Shown: in pieces, positions 16,643-29,203 of the stretch | How the letters are laid out: every line of letters begins with the position of its first letter | Position numbering within the stretch: the first letter of the stretch is position 1 | DNA from: an uncultured Coriobacteriaceae bacterium | GTDB taxonomy: Bacteria; Actinomycetota; Coriobacteriia; Anaerosomatales; Anaerosomataceae | Direction of reading: 5' to 3' | Assembly (NCBI GenBank): GCA_964527045.1 | Contig: CAZGNF010000001.1 | Span: 1 to 45,997, forward strand | Length of the DNA: 45,997 bases | The notes under the pieces: generated by a model | Told to the model about the DNA's origin: nothing | Database searches by the model: none | What the model saw: the letters and a program-made list of their open reading frames with translations, nothing else | Translations under genes and position numbers: made by a program

Positions 16643-17473
16643 GTGAAATCGTTCTTTGATGGAGGGATGTCTGCCACAGCGGGCGGCCAGACAGAGAGCC
16701 TGGCAGAACGCAGGCTCACTGAAACCCCGGCTCTTGCTCCTGTAGATAGAGCTTCAACTGCAAGGGTAGCGATCTATGACTCACTCACCGCCTCGCCTCG
16801 CGTGGAGGACGTTGCGGGTCCCGATGCTCGCTCTTTTGTGGAAGCTTTGTCTTCGCGTGTATATCAGTTGTCCCATGAGCTCGGGGGATCGCTCCCTTAT
16901 ATGGTTATCCGTGAGGTTGTTGAGAACTTGATCCATGCGCACTTTACGGAAGTCGTCGTCACTGTTCTGGATGACGGAAACACCATCAGGTTCGCCGACC
17001 AAGGACCTGGGATTCCAGACAAGGACCGAGTGTTCGTCCCGGGATTCTCTACTGCCACCCATGAGATGAAGTCCGTCATCAAGGGTGTTGGTTCCGGGTT
17101 ACCTGTGGCGCGGGAGTGCCTCACATTCTCAAGCGGCACGATCACGATCGAGGACAACCTTGGCCGGGGTTGTGTTGTCACTGTTCACGTTGAGCCCGAA
17201 CCCTTGCCTTCTGATGATTCTGATATCCCTGCGATGAATGAGTCGCCGGCTCCGCGGTTGACCCTGCGGCAGAAGCAAGTGTTGTCCTTGGTGCTCGAAA
17301 TGGGATCCATAGGACCTTCGATTGTTTCAAAAGAACTTGGTGTTGGTCTCTCTACCGCGTACCGCGACCTCGCATCCTTGGAGGATTGCGGACTGATCGT
17401 GTCAGATGAGAACGGGAAGCGAGTGTTGGCTCCAATGGGTGCTGAGTCGCTGGACTCGCTCTTCAACAACTGA
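16643..17473 (+). CDS. GHKL (histidine-kinase-like) ATPase domain fused to a C-terminal winged-HTH-like module; no His-phosphotransfer domain; function unknown
   Basis: 276 aa, GTG start with a GAGAGGGGGGA RBS. N box is [10 protein letters not shown]1 is DQGPGIP, G2 is GVGSGLPVA. The acidic linker is [11 protein letters not shown]. The HTH-like segment is [48 protein letters not shown]. The gene ends 14 nt before the dnaA start. Confidence 0.7.
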   Translation: MKSFFDGGMSATAGGQTESLAERRLTETPALAPVDRASTARVAIYDSLTASPRVEDVAGPDARSFVEALSSRVYQLSHELGGSLPYMVIREVVENLIHAHFTEVVVTVLDDGNTIRFADQGPGIPDKDRVFVPGFSTATHEMKSVIKGVGSGLPVARECLTFSSGTITIEDNLGRGCVVTVHVEPEPLPSDDSDIPAMNESPAPRLTLRQKQVLSLVLEMGSIGPSIVSKELGVGLSTAYRDLASLEDCGLIVSDENGKRVLAPMGAESLDSLFNN

Positions 17474-17487
17474 TCCGGGGGACAGAC

Positions 17488-18870
17488 GTGCAAGATGTGC
17501 AGGAACTATGGGACCAAACCCTCGCTGTAGTCCGCGGCGAACTTAACACTCCCACCTTCAAGACGTGGTTTGAGAACACGTCCCCGGTTGGTGTCATTGA
17601 TGAGACGTTGGTTATCGCCGTCCAGAATGAGTTCGCAAGAGATTGGCTTGAGACACGTTACTCTGGTCTCTTGTCATCAGCTCTGGCCCAGGTGCTTGGT
17701 CAGCCCATGGGCGTCTCGTTCCGAGTACCCACCGATGGACCAATGCCAGCTGTTGTGGTTGGTGGATCCGTAGAACCCCCCGGAATGCCCGACCTCGAGG
17801 AGGTCGAACAGAAGCGCGTCAAAGAGGCGACTGACGGGGAGTTCAACCCGAAGTACACGTTTGACTCTTTTGTCATGGGTACTTCAAACCAATTCGCTTA
17901 CCATGCAGCCCTGGCCGTCGCTGAAACTCCAGGGGGAGCCTACAACCCTCTCTTCATCTACGGTGGCGTCGGATTAGGCAAGACTCACTTGCTGCAGTCA
18001 ATCGGTCACTATGTGAAGACGAGCTTTCCGCATATGCGCGTGAAGTACGTGTCTACGGAACAATTCACTAATGACTTCATCAACTCAATCGGCAATCGAG
18101 ACAAGAGCCGCATCGAAGGCTTCCGGCGTCAGTATCGAACGAACGACGTTCTTCTCGTGGACGACATCCAGTTCCTCGCAGGCAAAGAGGGCACCCAGGA
18201 GGAGTTCTTCCATACGTTCAACACACTGCAGCAGGCGGGCAAACAAATCGTGTTGTCTTCGGATCGCCCACCAAAAGACATAGGGAGTATTGAAGACAGG
18301 CTACGCAGCAGGTTTGAGATGGGGCTCATAACTGACATCCAGCCACCGGAACTTGAGACCCGTATCGCGATCTTGAGACGGAAGGTTGAGGCGGAGAACC
18401 TCACCGTTCCTCCTGATGTCCTCACCTTCATCGCCGACCGGATCTCGTCGAACATCCGAGAGCTCGAAGGTGCGTTGATTCGTATCGTAGCCTTCAGTTC
18501 TCTCACTCGGCACGCTATAGATACCGATCTTGCCAGGAGTGTGTTGAAGGACATCTTCCCGGAGCGCTCGATCAAGCCTATTTCCATCAACACAATCCAG
18601 CAGGAAGTATGTAAGTTCTATAGCATCAGTAAAGCGGACCTTGTTGGAAACAAGCGCTCCCAGGCGATTGTGTATCCGCGACAAGTGGCCATGTACCTCG
18701 CGCGCGAACTAACAGATATGTCACTACCTAGAATCGGCACTGAGTTTGGTGGGCGGGACCACACGACTGTGATGCATGCTACCGCCAAGATCACGAAGCT
18801 CTTGAATGCTCAACGTGAAGTGTTCACACAGATCCAAACACTCACAAACCTAGTGAAACAGCGTAACTAA
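17488..18870 (+). CDS. dnaA: Chromosomal replication initiator DnaA
   Basis: 460 aa. N-terminal [24 protein letters not shown]+ Walker A is [12 protein letters not shown], with LLVDDIQFL. Domain IV is [12 protein letters not shown]...[16 protein letters not shown]. Confidence 0.97.
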   Translation: MQDVQELWDQTLAVVRGELNTPTFKTWFENTSPVGVIDETLVIAVQNEFARDWLETRYSGLLSSALAQVLGQPMGVSFRVPTDGPMPAVVVGGSVEPPGMPDLEEVEQKRVKEATDGEFNPKYTFDSFVMGTSNQFAYHAALAVAETPGGAYNPLFIYGGVGLGKTHLLQSIGHYVKTSFPHMRVKYVSTEQFTNDFINSIGNRDKSRIEGFRRQYRTNDVLLVDDIQFLAGKEGTQEEFFHTFNTLQQAGKQIVLSSDRPPKDIGSIEDRLRSRFEMGLITDIQPPELETRIAILRRKVEAENLTVPPDVLTFIADRISSNIRELEGALIRIVAFSSLTRHAIDTDLARSVLKDIFPERSIKPISINTIQQEVCKFYSISKADLVGNKRSQAIVYPRQVAMYLARELTDMSLPRIGTEFGGRDHTTVMHATAKITKLLNAQREVFTQIQTLTNLVKQRN

Positions 18871-18876
18871 CAACCA

Positions 18877-18956
18877 TGTGGATAACATGGGGGTAAGGTG
18901 GGGAAGACCGGACCCACCTGTTGAAAGATTCAACACCTTGTTGAAAGTGTGGATAG
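18877..18956. promoter_or_regulatory. oriC part II: DnaA boxes in the dnaA-dnaN spacer
   Basis: Perfect TGTGGATAA at 18877-18885 and 8/9 TGTGGATAG at 18948-18956. TGTTGAAAG is repeated at 18919-18927 and 18939-18947, exactly 20 bp apart, with an inverted TTCAACA at 18929-18935. Confidence 0.7.
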
Positions 18957-19010
18957 GCGGAGCAGTTCTTTCACACCCTCACCCACAATAGACACACCGC
19001 GAACGACCTC

Positions 19011-19088
19011 GTGTTTTGAGAGATATCAACATCATCAACAAGCCCTACTACTATTACTGTTAGTTGATTATCTAAGAAAGGAATCGGA
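19011..19088. other. AT-rich candidate DNA-unwinding element
   Basis: A hand count gives 27 G+C in 78 nt (about 35%), against more than 60% in the flanks. It contains ATCAACATCATCAACA and CTACTACTATTA runs and directly precedes the dnaN ATG. Confidence 0.5.
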
Positions 19089-20186
19089 ATGAAGGTCTCT
19101 ATCGCCCGCACAGAGTTGCTAGACGCCCTCTCGATTGCGTCAAAAGGACTCTCATCAAGAACCACCCTTCCGATTCTCTCAGGCATTCTCTTCTCGGCTC
19201 AAAACGATGAGCTTCGCCTCAACTCTACGGACCTCGAGATATCGATCAAGACCAGTTCGAAGGCCCGGGTTGAGGAAGCGGGCAGTGCAGTGATTCCGGG
19301 GAAGTTGATCACAGACATCGTGAGGAATCTTCCTGAGTCAGCTGTCACGATCGAGACGACACAGAACGGCGCGACGATCTCGTGCGCTCAATCATCGTTC
19401 GTGGTTAGAACACTCTCAGCTGATGATTTTCCGAAGTTCCCAGACGTGACGCCTAGTGAGATGGTCTCTCTTCCAACAGGTGTCTTCTCCGAGGTGGTTC
19501 ACCAGGTTTCACGTGCAGTCAGTAGGGATGAGACTCGGCCTATTTTGACCGGTGTGTTGGTTGTCGTTGAAGAAGGAACACTTCGTATGGCGGCGACAGA
19601 CTCCTACCGGTTGTGTGTTCGGGAAGTCCCGGTTGAAGGCGTTCTCGGATCGCTTGAAGCCGTGGTTCCCGGTCGGGCGATCGAAGATGTAGCCCGGCTC
19701 GGAGCGTCAGCTGAAGCGATCAAGATAGGGGTCTCTGAGAACCAAGTCGTCTTCGCGTTCAACGAGACGACATTCGTCAGCCGAAGGATTGAAGGATCAT
19801 TCCCTAATCACAAGCAACTCATTCCAAAGGAGTACGTGACGCGGTTGATCATCGGCCGGCAGGATCTTCTTGAGGCCGTGAAGAGAGTCTCGCTCATGGC
19901 ACAACACAGTGCTCCGTTGAGGATGAAAGTGAACGCCACAGATAGGATCCTCACGATCTCTGCACAGACACAAGATGTCGGTGAAGCCACGGAAGATCTT
20001 GAGATCGACACACAAGGCGAGGATGTTGAGATTGCATTCAACCATGCATATCTGACCGATGGTATCTCGGTGGCTGATGGCGACAAGGTCGCAATAGAAA
20101 TCGTGAGCCCACTCAAGCCTGGGGTTATGAAGCATCCCGAGGGCGAAGACTTCATTTACTTGCTTATGCCTGTTCGTCTCGGTTAA
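19089..20186 (+). CDS. dnaN: DNA polymerase III beta sliding clamp
   Basis: 365 aa. MKVSIARTELLDALSIASKGLSSRTTLPILSGILF, DETRPILTGVL, ATDSYRL and C-terminal YLLMPVRL. Confidence 0.96.
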   Translation: MKVSIARTELLDALSIASKGLSSRTTLPILSGILFSAQNDELRLNSTDLEISIKTSSKARVEEAGSAVIPGKLITDIVRNLPESAVTIETTQNGATISCAQSSFVVRTLSADDFPKFPDVTPSEMVSLPTGVFSEVVHQVSRAVSRDETRPILTGVLVVVEEGTLRMAATDSYRLCVREVPVEGVLGSLEAVVPGRAIEDVARLGASAEAIKIGVSENQVVFAFNETTFVSRRIEGSFPNHKQLIPKEYVTRLIIGRQDLLEAVKRVSLMAQHSAPLRMKVNATDRILTISAQTQDVGEATEDLEIDTQGEDVEIAFNHAYLTDGISVADGDKVAIEIVSPLKPGVMKHPEGEDFIYLLMPVRLG

Positions 20187-20196
20187 GCCGACAGGC

Positions 20197-21297
20197 GTGT
20201 ACGTCAAGTCGCTCCGTCTTACATCGTTCCGGAACTACAGCGACCGGGAGATACACCCATCTCCTGGTCTCACTGTCCTTGTCGGGCCTAATGCGACAGG
20301 CAAGACGAACGTGATCGAGGCGTTGCAGATCATCACATCAGGACGCTCGTTCAGGCGACCGAAATGGAACGAGGTGGTGCAGTGGGGTGCCGACCACGCG
20401 ACACTTACGGCAGACATCTCGGGCGACGGGGCAGACAGTAGCGTCGAGATAATCATCAAGTCAGACGCGACCAGATCCTTCCGATTGAACAGGAACAAGA
20501 AGCGGAGGGTGTCAGACGTCACAGGTATCCTTCCTTGTGTGGTCTTCACACCAGAGGATCTTGATCTTACGAAAGGCGCGGCCGAGAAGCGGCGTTCAGA
20601 GATAGATGATCTCGGAGAGCAGCTATCAAAGACGTATGGCGCGGCCCGCAGAGACTACGCCAAAGTCATCCGACACAGAAACGTACTTCTGCGAGAGTGG
20701 CAGGCCTCGGATGCGGATCTGGAGCCATGGGACGTACAAGTCGCTTCACTTGGCAGTAGGCTCCTGGTACACAGGCGACGACTTCTGCGCAGGATAGTCG
20801 AGCGGGCAACCATCGCCTACCAAGACCTCTCCCAGAGCGAATCACTGAGCGTTGGATACATGGACAAATGCGGTGTCAACACAGCATCACTGGAAGAGGA
20901 GATCGAGGTCGACCAGGCCGAGAAAGCGATCCTCGCGTCCTTAGAGGCGAGGAGAAGCGAAGAGCGCGCGCGAAGAATGACGTTAGTGGGACCACACCGA
21001 GACGAGATCTCGTTCCTTCTCGACCATAACGACGCGCGAGCATATGCCTCACAAGGCCAACAAAGAACCATCGCCCTCGCGTGGAAGTTGGCAGAGGTAC
21101 AAGTGGTTGATGATGTCGTCCACAAGAAGCCGATTCTGCTACTTGATGACGTGATGTCCGAACTCGACGAAGATCGGCGCCGCGCACTAACAGGTCTTGT
21201 GCAACAGAACATACAGACATTCGTCTCGACGACCGACGTAGCCCATTTTGACTCAGCGCTCATGAGCGAGGCTTTGATCATCGAGTCCAAGGAGTAG
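20197..21297 (+). CDS. recF: DNA replication/repair protein RecF
   Basis: 366 aa. YVKSLRLTSFRNY, Walker A GPNATGKTNVIEA, signature ASQGQQRT and Walker B ILLLDDVMSELD. Confidence 0.95.
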   Translation: MYVKSLRLTSFRNYSDREIHPSPGLTVLVGPNATGKTNVIEALQIITSGRSFRRPKWNEVVQWGADHATLTADISGDGADSSVEIIIKSDATRSFRLNRNKKRRVSDVTGILPCVVFTPEDLDLTKGAAEKRRSEIDDLGEQLSKTYGAARRDYAKVIRHRNVLLREWQASDADLEPWDVQVASLGSRLLVHRRRLLRRIVERATIAYQDLSQSESLSVGYMDKCGVNTASLEEEIEVDQAEKAILASLEARRSEERARRMTLVGPHRDEISFLLDHNDARAYASQGQQRTIALAWKLAEVQVVDDVVHKKPILLLDDVMSELDEDRRRALTGLVQQNIQTFVSTTDVAHFDSALMSEALIIESKE

Positions 21298-21304
21298 TGG
21301 CCGG

Positions 21305-21865
21305 ATGAGACGCCGAAAGCTCGACAGTATCGGAGACATCACCGATGCGGTCATCCGGCGCGCAGACCCGAAGAAGCACCGTTACACAGCGAGGGTCGCT
21401 TTGGCATGGGAGCAGATCGCCGGGCAGGAGGTTGCGAGGCATACGGTTGCCACCTCGGTGAGGGAGGGAGAGCTCGTCGTCAGCGTCGACTCCGCGGCCT
21501 GGGCGCATCAACTCGACCTCATGAAGGATCGCTATCTGGCTAGTATCCGTTCAGAGATTGGTGAGGGCGTGGTCAGGACCATGCGGTTCACTGTCTCTAA
21601 ACGGGTTGCTCAAGAACACCAACTACAAGATGAGGCCGAGCGCATCTCTGAGTTCTATGAACCAGAAACGACCCCCTCGGTTCCATTGAGTGAGAGCGAG
21701 CGGCTGCAGGCTGAATACATCGCCGAGGCGGTGAAGGACGAGTCGCTGCGCGAAGCCGCCCTCAGGGTGATGATCAAGGATCTTGAGTGGAAAAAGGGTG
21801 CACGGGCTGAGAGCGACCCGCAGGCGCCTTCTGATGGCGCGACAGGGGACAATTCAAGCCTCTAA
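21305..21865 (+). CDS. dciA: DUF721/DciA-family protein in the conserved recF-gyrB position
   Basis: 186 aa. VALAWEQIAGQEVARHTVATSVREGELVVSVDSAAWAHQLDLMKDRYL matches the DUF721 core. Same synteny as Rv0004 in mycobacteria. The C-terminal 70 aa form an acidic extension. Confidence 0.75.
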   Translation: MRRRKLDSIGDITDAVIRRADPKKHRYTARVALAWEQIAGQEVARHTVATSVREGELVVSVDSAAWAHQLDLMKDRYLASIRSEIGEGVVRTMRFTVSKRVAQEHQLQDEAERISEFYEPETTPSVPLSESERLQAEYIAEAVKDESLREAALRVMIKDLEWKKGARAESDPQAPSDGATGDNSSL

Positions 21866-21877
21866 CACTACACGTTG

Positions 21878-21886
21878 TGGTAAAAT
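21878..21886 (+). promoter_or_regulatory. Extended -10 promoter element upstream of gyrB
   Basis: TGGTAAAAT (TGnTAAAAT) lies 73 nt upstream of the gyrB start. The predicted 5' UTR contains a GCGTCAA...TTGACGC hairpin (21896-21919). Confidence 0.45.
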
Positions 21887-21943
21887 GGGTGGGTAGCGTC
21901 AATATGTCGTAGTTGACGCCATTTCCACTCGTCACACCCATAG

Positions 21944-23875
<1,932 letters not shown>

Positions 23876-23904
23876 AGACTCCGACAGACATAGGACGGGT
23901 CGCG

Positions 23905-24432
23905 GTGGACGAGCGCGATAGACGACACAAGCGGGATTTCGAACCGCCCCCGTGGGAGCAGGAGGCGTTCGAACGTTTCGAGAAGGACCGGCGCGAGCGC
24001 GAGGAAGAGGCCAAGCTCGACGCTGCACTGGAGGCGGCGAGGGTTGCATCGGCGGTGCTCGAGCCAGCTCCTGAGGAGCCCGAGGTCGCCGAGCCATCGT
24101 CGGTAGAAGCGGCTGTGAGGGTTGAGGCTCCCAGGGAGCCAGCGCCAGAGCAGAAAGAGAGCGCGATCAGCACTGCAGAGCTCGAGACGATGCTCTTGGG
24201 GTTGCGACACGAAGAACCGACTGCAACCAAGAACTACAAGACGATCGCGAACGCAGTGAGCGCCCTGCTGGTGGTCGGCGGCATAGGGTTCGTGGTTTGG
24301 GCCGCGGTGTTGTTCGCAAGGGTCGGCGGCAATCAGGGGCCGATGCCGACGCTCGCATCGATGTTGTTGATGGTGTGGGGCTTCCTGCTCATGGGTGGCG
24401 CCGTGCTCTTGTTCCGCAAGTACAACCTGTAG
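23905..24432 (+). CDS. Small membrane protein between gyrB and gyrA: charged N-terminus and 2 C-terminal TM helices
   Basis: 175 aa with a GTG start. The Arg/Glu-rich N-terminus is RDRRHKRDFEPPPWEQEAFERFEKDRREREEEAK. The two hydrophobic helices are AVSALLVVGGIGFVVWAAVLF and LASMLLMVWGFLLMGGAVLLF. Codon pattern looks coding. Confidence 0.6.
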   Translation: MDERDRRHKRDFEPPPWEQEAFERFEKDRREREEEAKLDAALEAARVASAVLEPAPEEPEVAEPSSVEAAVRVEAPREPAPEQKESAISTAELETMLLGLRHEEPTATKNYKTIANAVSALLVVGGIGFVVWAAVLFARVGGNQGPMPTLASMLLMVWGFLLMGGAVLLFRKYNL

Positions 24433-24459
24433 CAGGCCGACGTACGAGGAGACTGAGAC

Positions 24460-27030
<2,571 letters not shown>

Positions 27031-27062
27031 CCGCGTATAACTCGTATTCACTTTGAGAGCGA

Positions 27063-27094
27063 GCGACGCGCTCCGCCTATGCGGGGCGCGTCGC
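27063..27094 (+). terminator. GC-rich hairpin after gyrA; possible terminator without a U-tract
   Basis: GCGACGCGC (27063-27071) pairs with GCGCGTCGC (27086-27094), with an inner CCGC/GCGG pair. Confidence 0.35.
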
Positions 27095-27154
27095 GCTATG
27101 ATGACCGCAGTCAATCATTGACGCCGCGGATTCAGCCCCGTCGGAGGTCGCTCC

Positions 27155-28414
27155 ATGTCACTGGATCTGCTCAAGCGTCTCGTGCGTCCCTTTCTGCCGC
27201 GCGACTATCGCGCGGCTGCTCGCTCGTTCACGCCGGATGCCTGGCGGTATCTGGCTGTCGCGGCTATGCAAAACGTTGGCTTCGGTATTCTGGGCACGGT
27301 CTTCGCCATCTATCTGAAGGACGCCGGACTCTCTGAGGCGGTCGTTGGCGACGTCGAGGGGGCCCTGGCCATCGGCAGCGCGATAACCTGTCTCGCGCTG
27401 CCGCCACTGGTGGCGCGGATCGGGTACCGCAGGCTCATCGTGCTCGCTGCGCTTGCCCTCGGAGTTTCGCGGCTCGGACAGGCATTTGTGCCCGGAGCTG
27501 TCGGCATCGTTGCGCTCGGACTGCTCTACGGGGTGGGCGAGGGCTCGATGCAGACGATCGGCACGGCGTTTCTCGCCGAGCACGCGCCCGCTCGCGCACG
27601 TACCTACCTGTTCACCGTGGACTTCACGCTTCGTGTCGGAGCGATGTTCGTGGGTGCACTTATCGGCGGCTTCCTGCCCGATATCCTTGGAGCGGCGGGG
27701 GTGGGGGAGCTTACTGCGCTGCAGGTGACAATCGCGACCGGCGCGTTGCTCATGGCCGGATCAGTGCTGCCGGCGCGCCTGATCGAACACTCGCATCCGG
27801 TTGGAAAGCCGGCCTCGTATCGCGAGTCCATTCGCGCGTTCGCATCATGGGGGCGCCTCGGCCGACTGCTTGTGCCCGAGACGCTTATCAGCTTCGGCGC
27901 CGGGCTATCCATGCCGTTCGTGGCACTGTTCCTGAAGCACAGAATGGGCGCGAGCGTCGACCAAGTCGGGATGATTCAGGCGGCGAGTTCGATCGGGATG
28001 GCGTTCGCGGCGTTTGGGTCGCCTTTGCTTGCCCGGCGCCTGGGCCTCGTGGGCACGGTGGTTACCACCGAACTGCTGTCGCTTCCGTTCCTTGTGATGG
28101 TGCCGCTGTCCACCGGGCTGCCGACCGCCGCAGCGCTGTTGCTCGTTCGCGGCGTCCTCATGAACATGTCTTGGCCGATCTACAACCAGCTCGCGACCGA
28201 GGGCGTCCCGGCTGTCGATCGTCCACTTGTGGTGGGCTGGGTGCGCTTTGGCTGGAGCATCGCATGGTTCGGCGGGAGCGTGCTCGGCGGCCGACTCATG
28301 ACACTCTCGTACACGCTCCCGTGGTATCTCACCGCGGGCTTCTACGCCGCCGGCGCACTCTCCACACTCGTCTTGCTACGAGGCGTTCGAGCAGAGGCGA
28401 CCGAGGCGCAGTGA
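27155..28414 (+). CDS. MFS transporter
   Basis: 419 aa with about 12 hydrophobic segments in a two-halves architecture. The loop motif RIGYRR lies after TM2. RBS is GGAGG. Confidence 0.8.
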   Translation: MSLDLLKRLVRPFLPRDYRAAARSFTPDAWRYLAVAAMQNVGFGILGTVFAIYLKDAGLSEAVVGDVEGALAIGSAITCLALPPLVARIGYRRLIVLAALALGVSRLGQAFVPGAVGIVALGLLYGVGEGSMQTIGTAFLAEHAPARARTYLFTVDFTLRVGAMFVGALIGGFLPDILGAAGVGELTALQVTIATGALLMAGSVLPARLIEHSHPVGKPASYRESIRAFASWGRLGRLLVPETLISFGAGLSMPFVALFLKHRMGASVDQVGMIQAASSIGMAFAAFGSPLLARRLGLVGTVVTTELLSLPFLVMVPLSTGLPTAAALLLVRGVLMNMSWPIYNQLATEGVPAVDRPLVVGWVRFGWSIAWFGGSVLGGRLMTLSYTLPWYLTAGFYAAGALSTLVLLRGVRAEATEAQ

Positions 28415-28427
28415 TAGAATCACGGCC

Positions 28428-29114
28428 ATGACGACAAGGGACAGTATGGAATCCAAGAACCGCGTGAGAACGCTCAAGGCCGTGCTCTTCGACTTCGACG
28501 GCACGATCGCCAACACCATTCCGCACATCCTCGCCTCGTTCCAACATGCCACGGCCGAGGTGCTCGGCGAGGCACTGCCCGACGCCGTCCTGATGCACAA
28601 CGTCGGTATCCCGCTGGCGCAGCAGATGATGGAGCTCTCCGAGGACGACCAGGACGTTGCCGACCGCCTGCTTGTGGCGTACCGGACGTTCAACCATGCG
28701 ACGCACGACGAGATGGCGACGCTCTATCCTGGCTCGCGCGAGGTTCTCTCGGCACTACAGGCGCACGGGATGCCGATGGGTGTGGTGACATCGAAGGGCA
28801 CGCCGATGGCGACCCGGGGACTCGATCTGTTCGACCTTCAGGCATTCTTCGAGGTCGTTGTGACCGCCGATGACGTGCCCGTCCACAAGCCGGATCCGTA
28901 CCCAGTCGTGCACGCTGCGGGATTGCTTGGGATTCCAGTGGAGGCGACCGCTTACGTGGGGGACAGCCCGCACGATATGGAGTCGGCACGCCGGGCTGGT
29001 GCGGTAGCGATAGGTGCGTCGTGGGGTGTGTCCGACAAGAAGCGGCTCATCGCCAGCGGTGCCGAGTTCGTTCTCGATGATATTCGAGACCTTCCGGCGC
29101 TGATCTTCGGCTGA
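28428..29114 (+). CDS. HAD-superfamily hydrolase (phosphoglycolate phosphatase/PpaX-like)
   Basis: Motif I is LFDFDGTIANT, motif II VVTSK, motif III/IV KPDPYP...YVGDSPHDMESARRAG. Start could be ATG 28446. Confidence 0.85.
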   Translation: MTTRDSMESKNRVRTLKAVLFDFDGTIANTIPHILASFQHATAEVLGEALPDAVLMHNVGIPLAQQMMELSEDDQDVADRLLVAYRTFNHATHDEMATLYPGSREVLSALQAHGMPMGVVTSKGTPMATRGLDLFDLQAFFEVVVTADDVPVHKPDPYPVVHAAGLLGIPVEATAYVGDSPHDMESARRAGAVAIGASWGVSDKKRLIASGAEFVLDDIRDLPALIFG

Positions 29115-29203
29115 GCGAGCCGCAGTTCGTAACACTGCACCAACTCCCGATAGGGTACAGTTTGAAGGATGGGTCAACACGTTCTCTGCCGAGGAGGATT
29201 CAC

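Noticed and set aside
16010-16719. Two minus-strand ORFs of about 150 aa (16010-16471, 16261-16719) and one plus-strand ORF (16271-16495) inside the rpmH-dnaA spacer
   Set aside because: They lie on the DnaA-box cluster, lack RBSs and have odd composition. Their openness is explained by the repeated TGTGGATAA-type motifs. The region is treated as origin DNA.
19503-19518. GGTTTCACGTGCAGTC inside dnaN, considered as a third parS
   Set aside because: Only one half-site matches (about 11/16). It is most likely chance, given the CACGTG core.
21305-21865. C-terminal acidic extension of the DUF721/DciA protein as a separate novelty
   Set aside because: DUF721 proteins in high-GC Gram-positives commonly carry variable tails. 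Without alignments I cannot claim this one is unusual.
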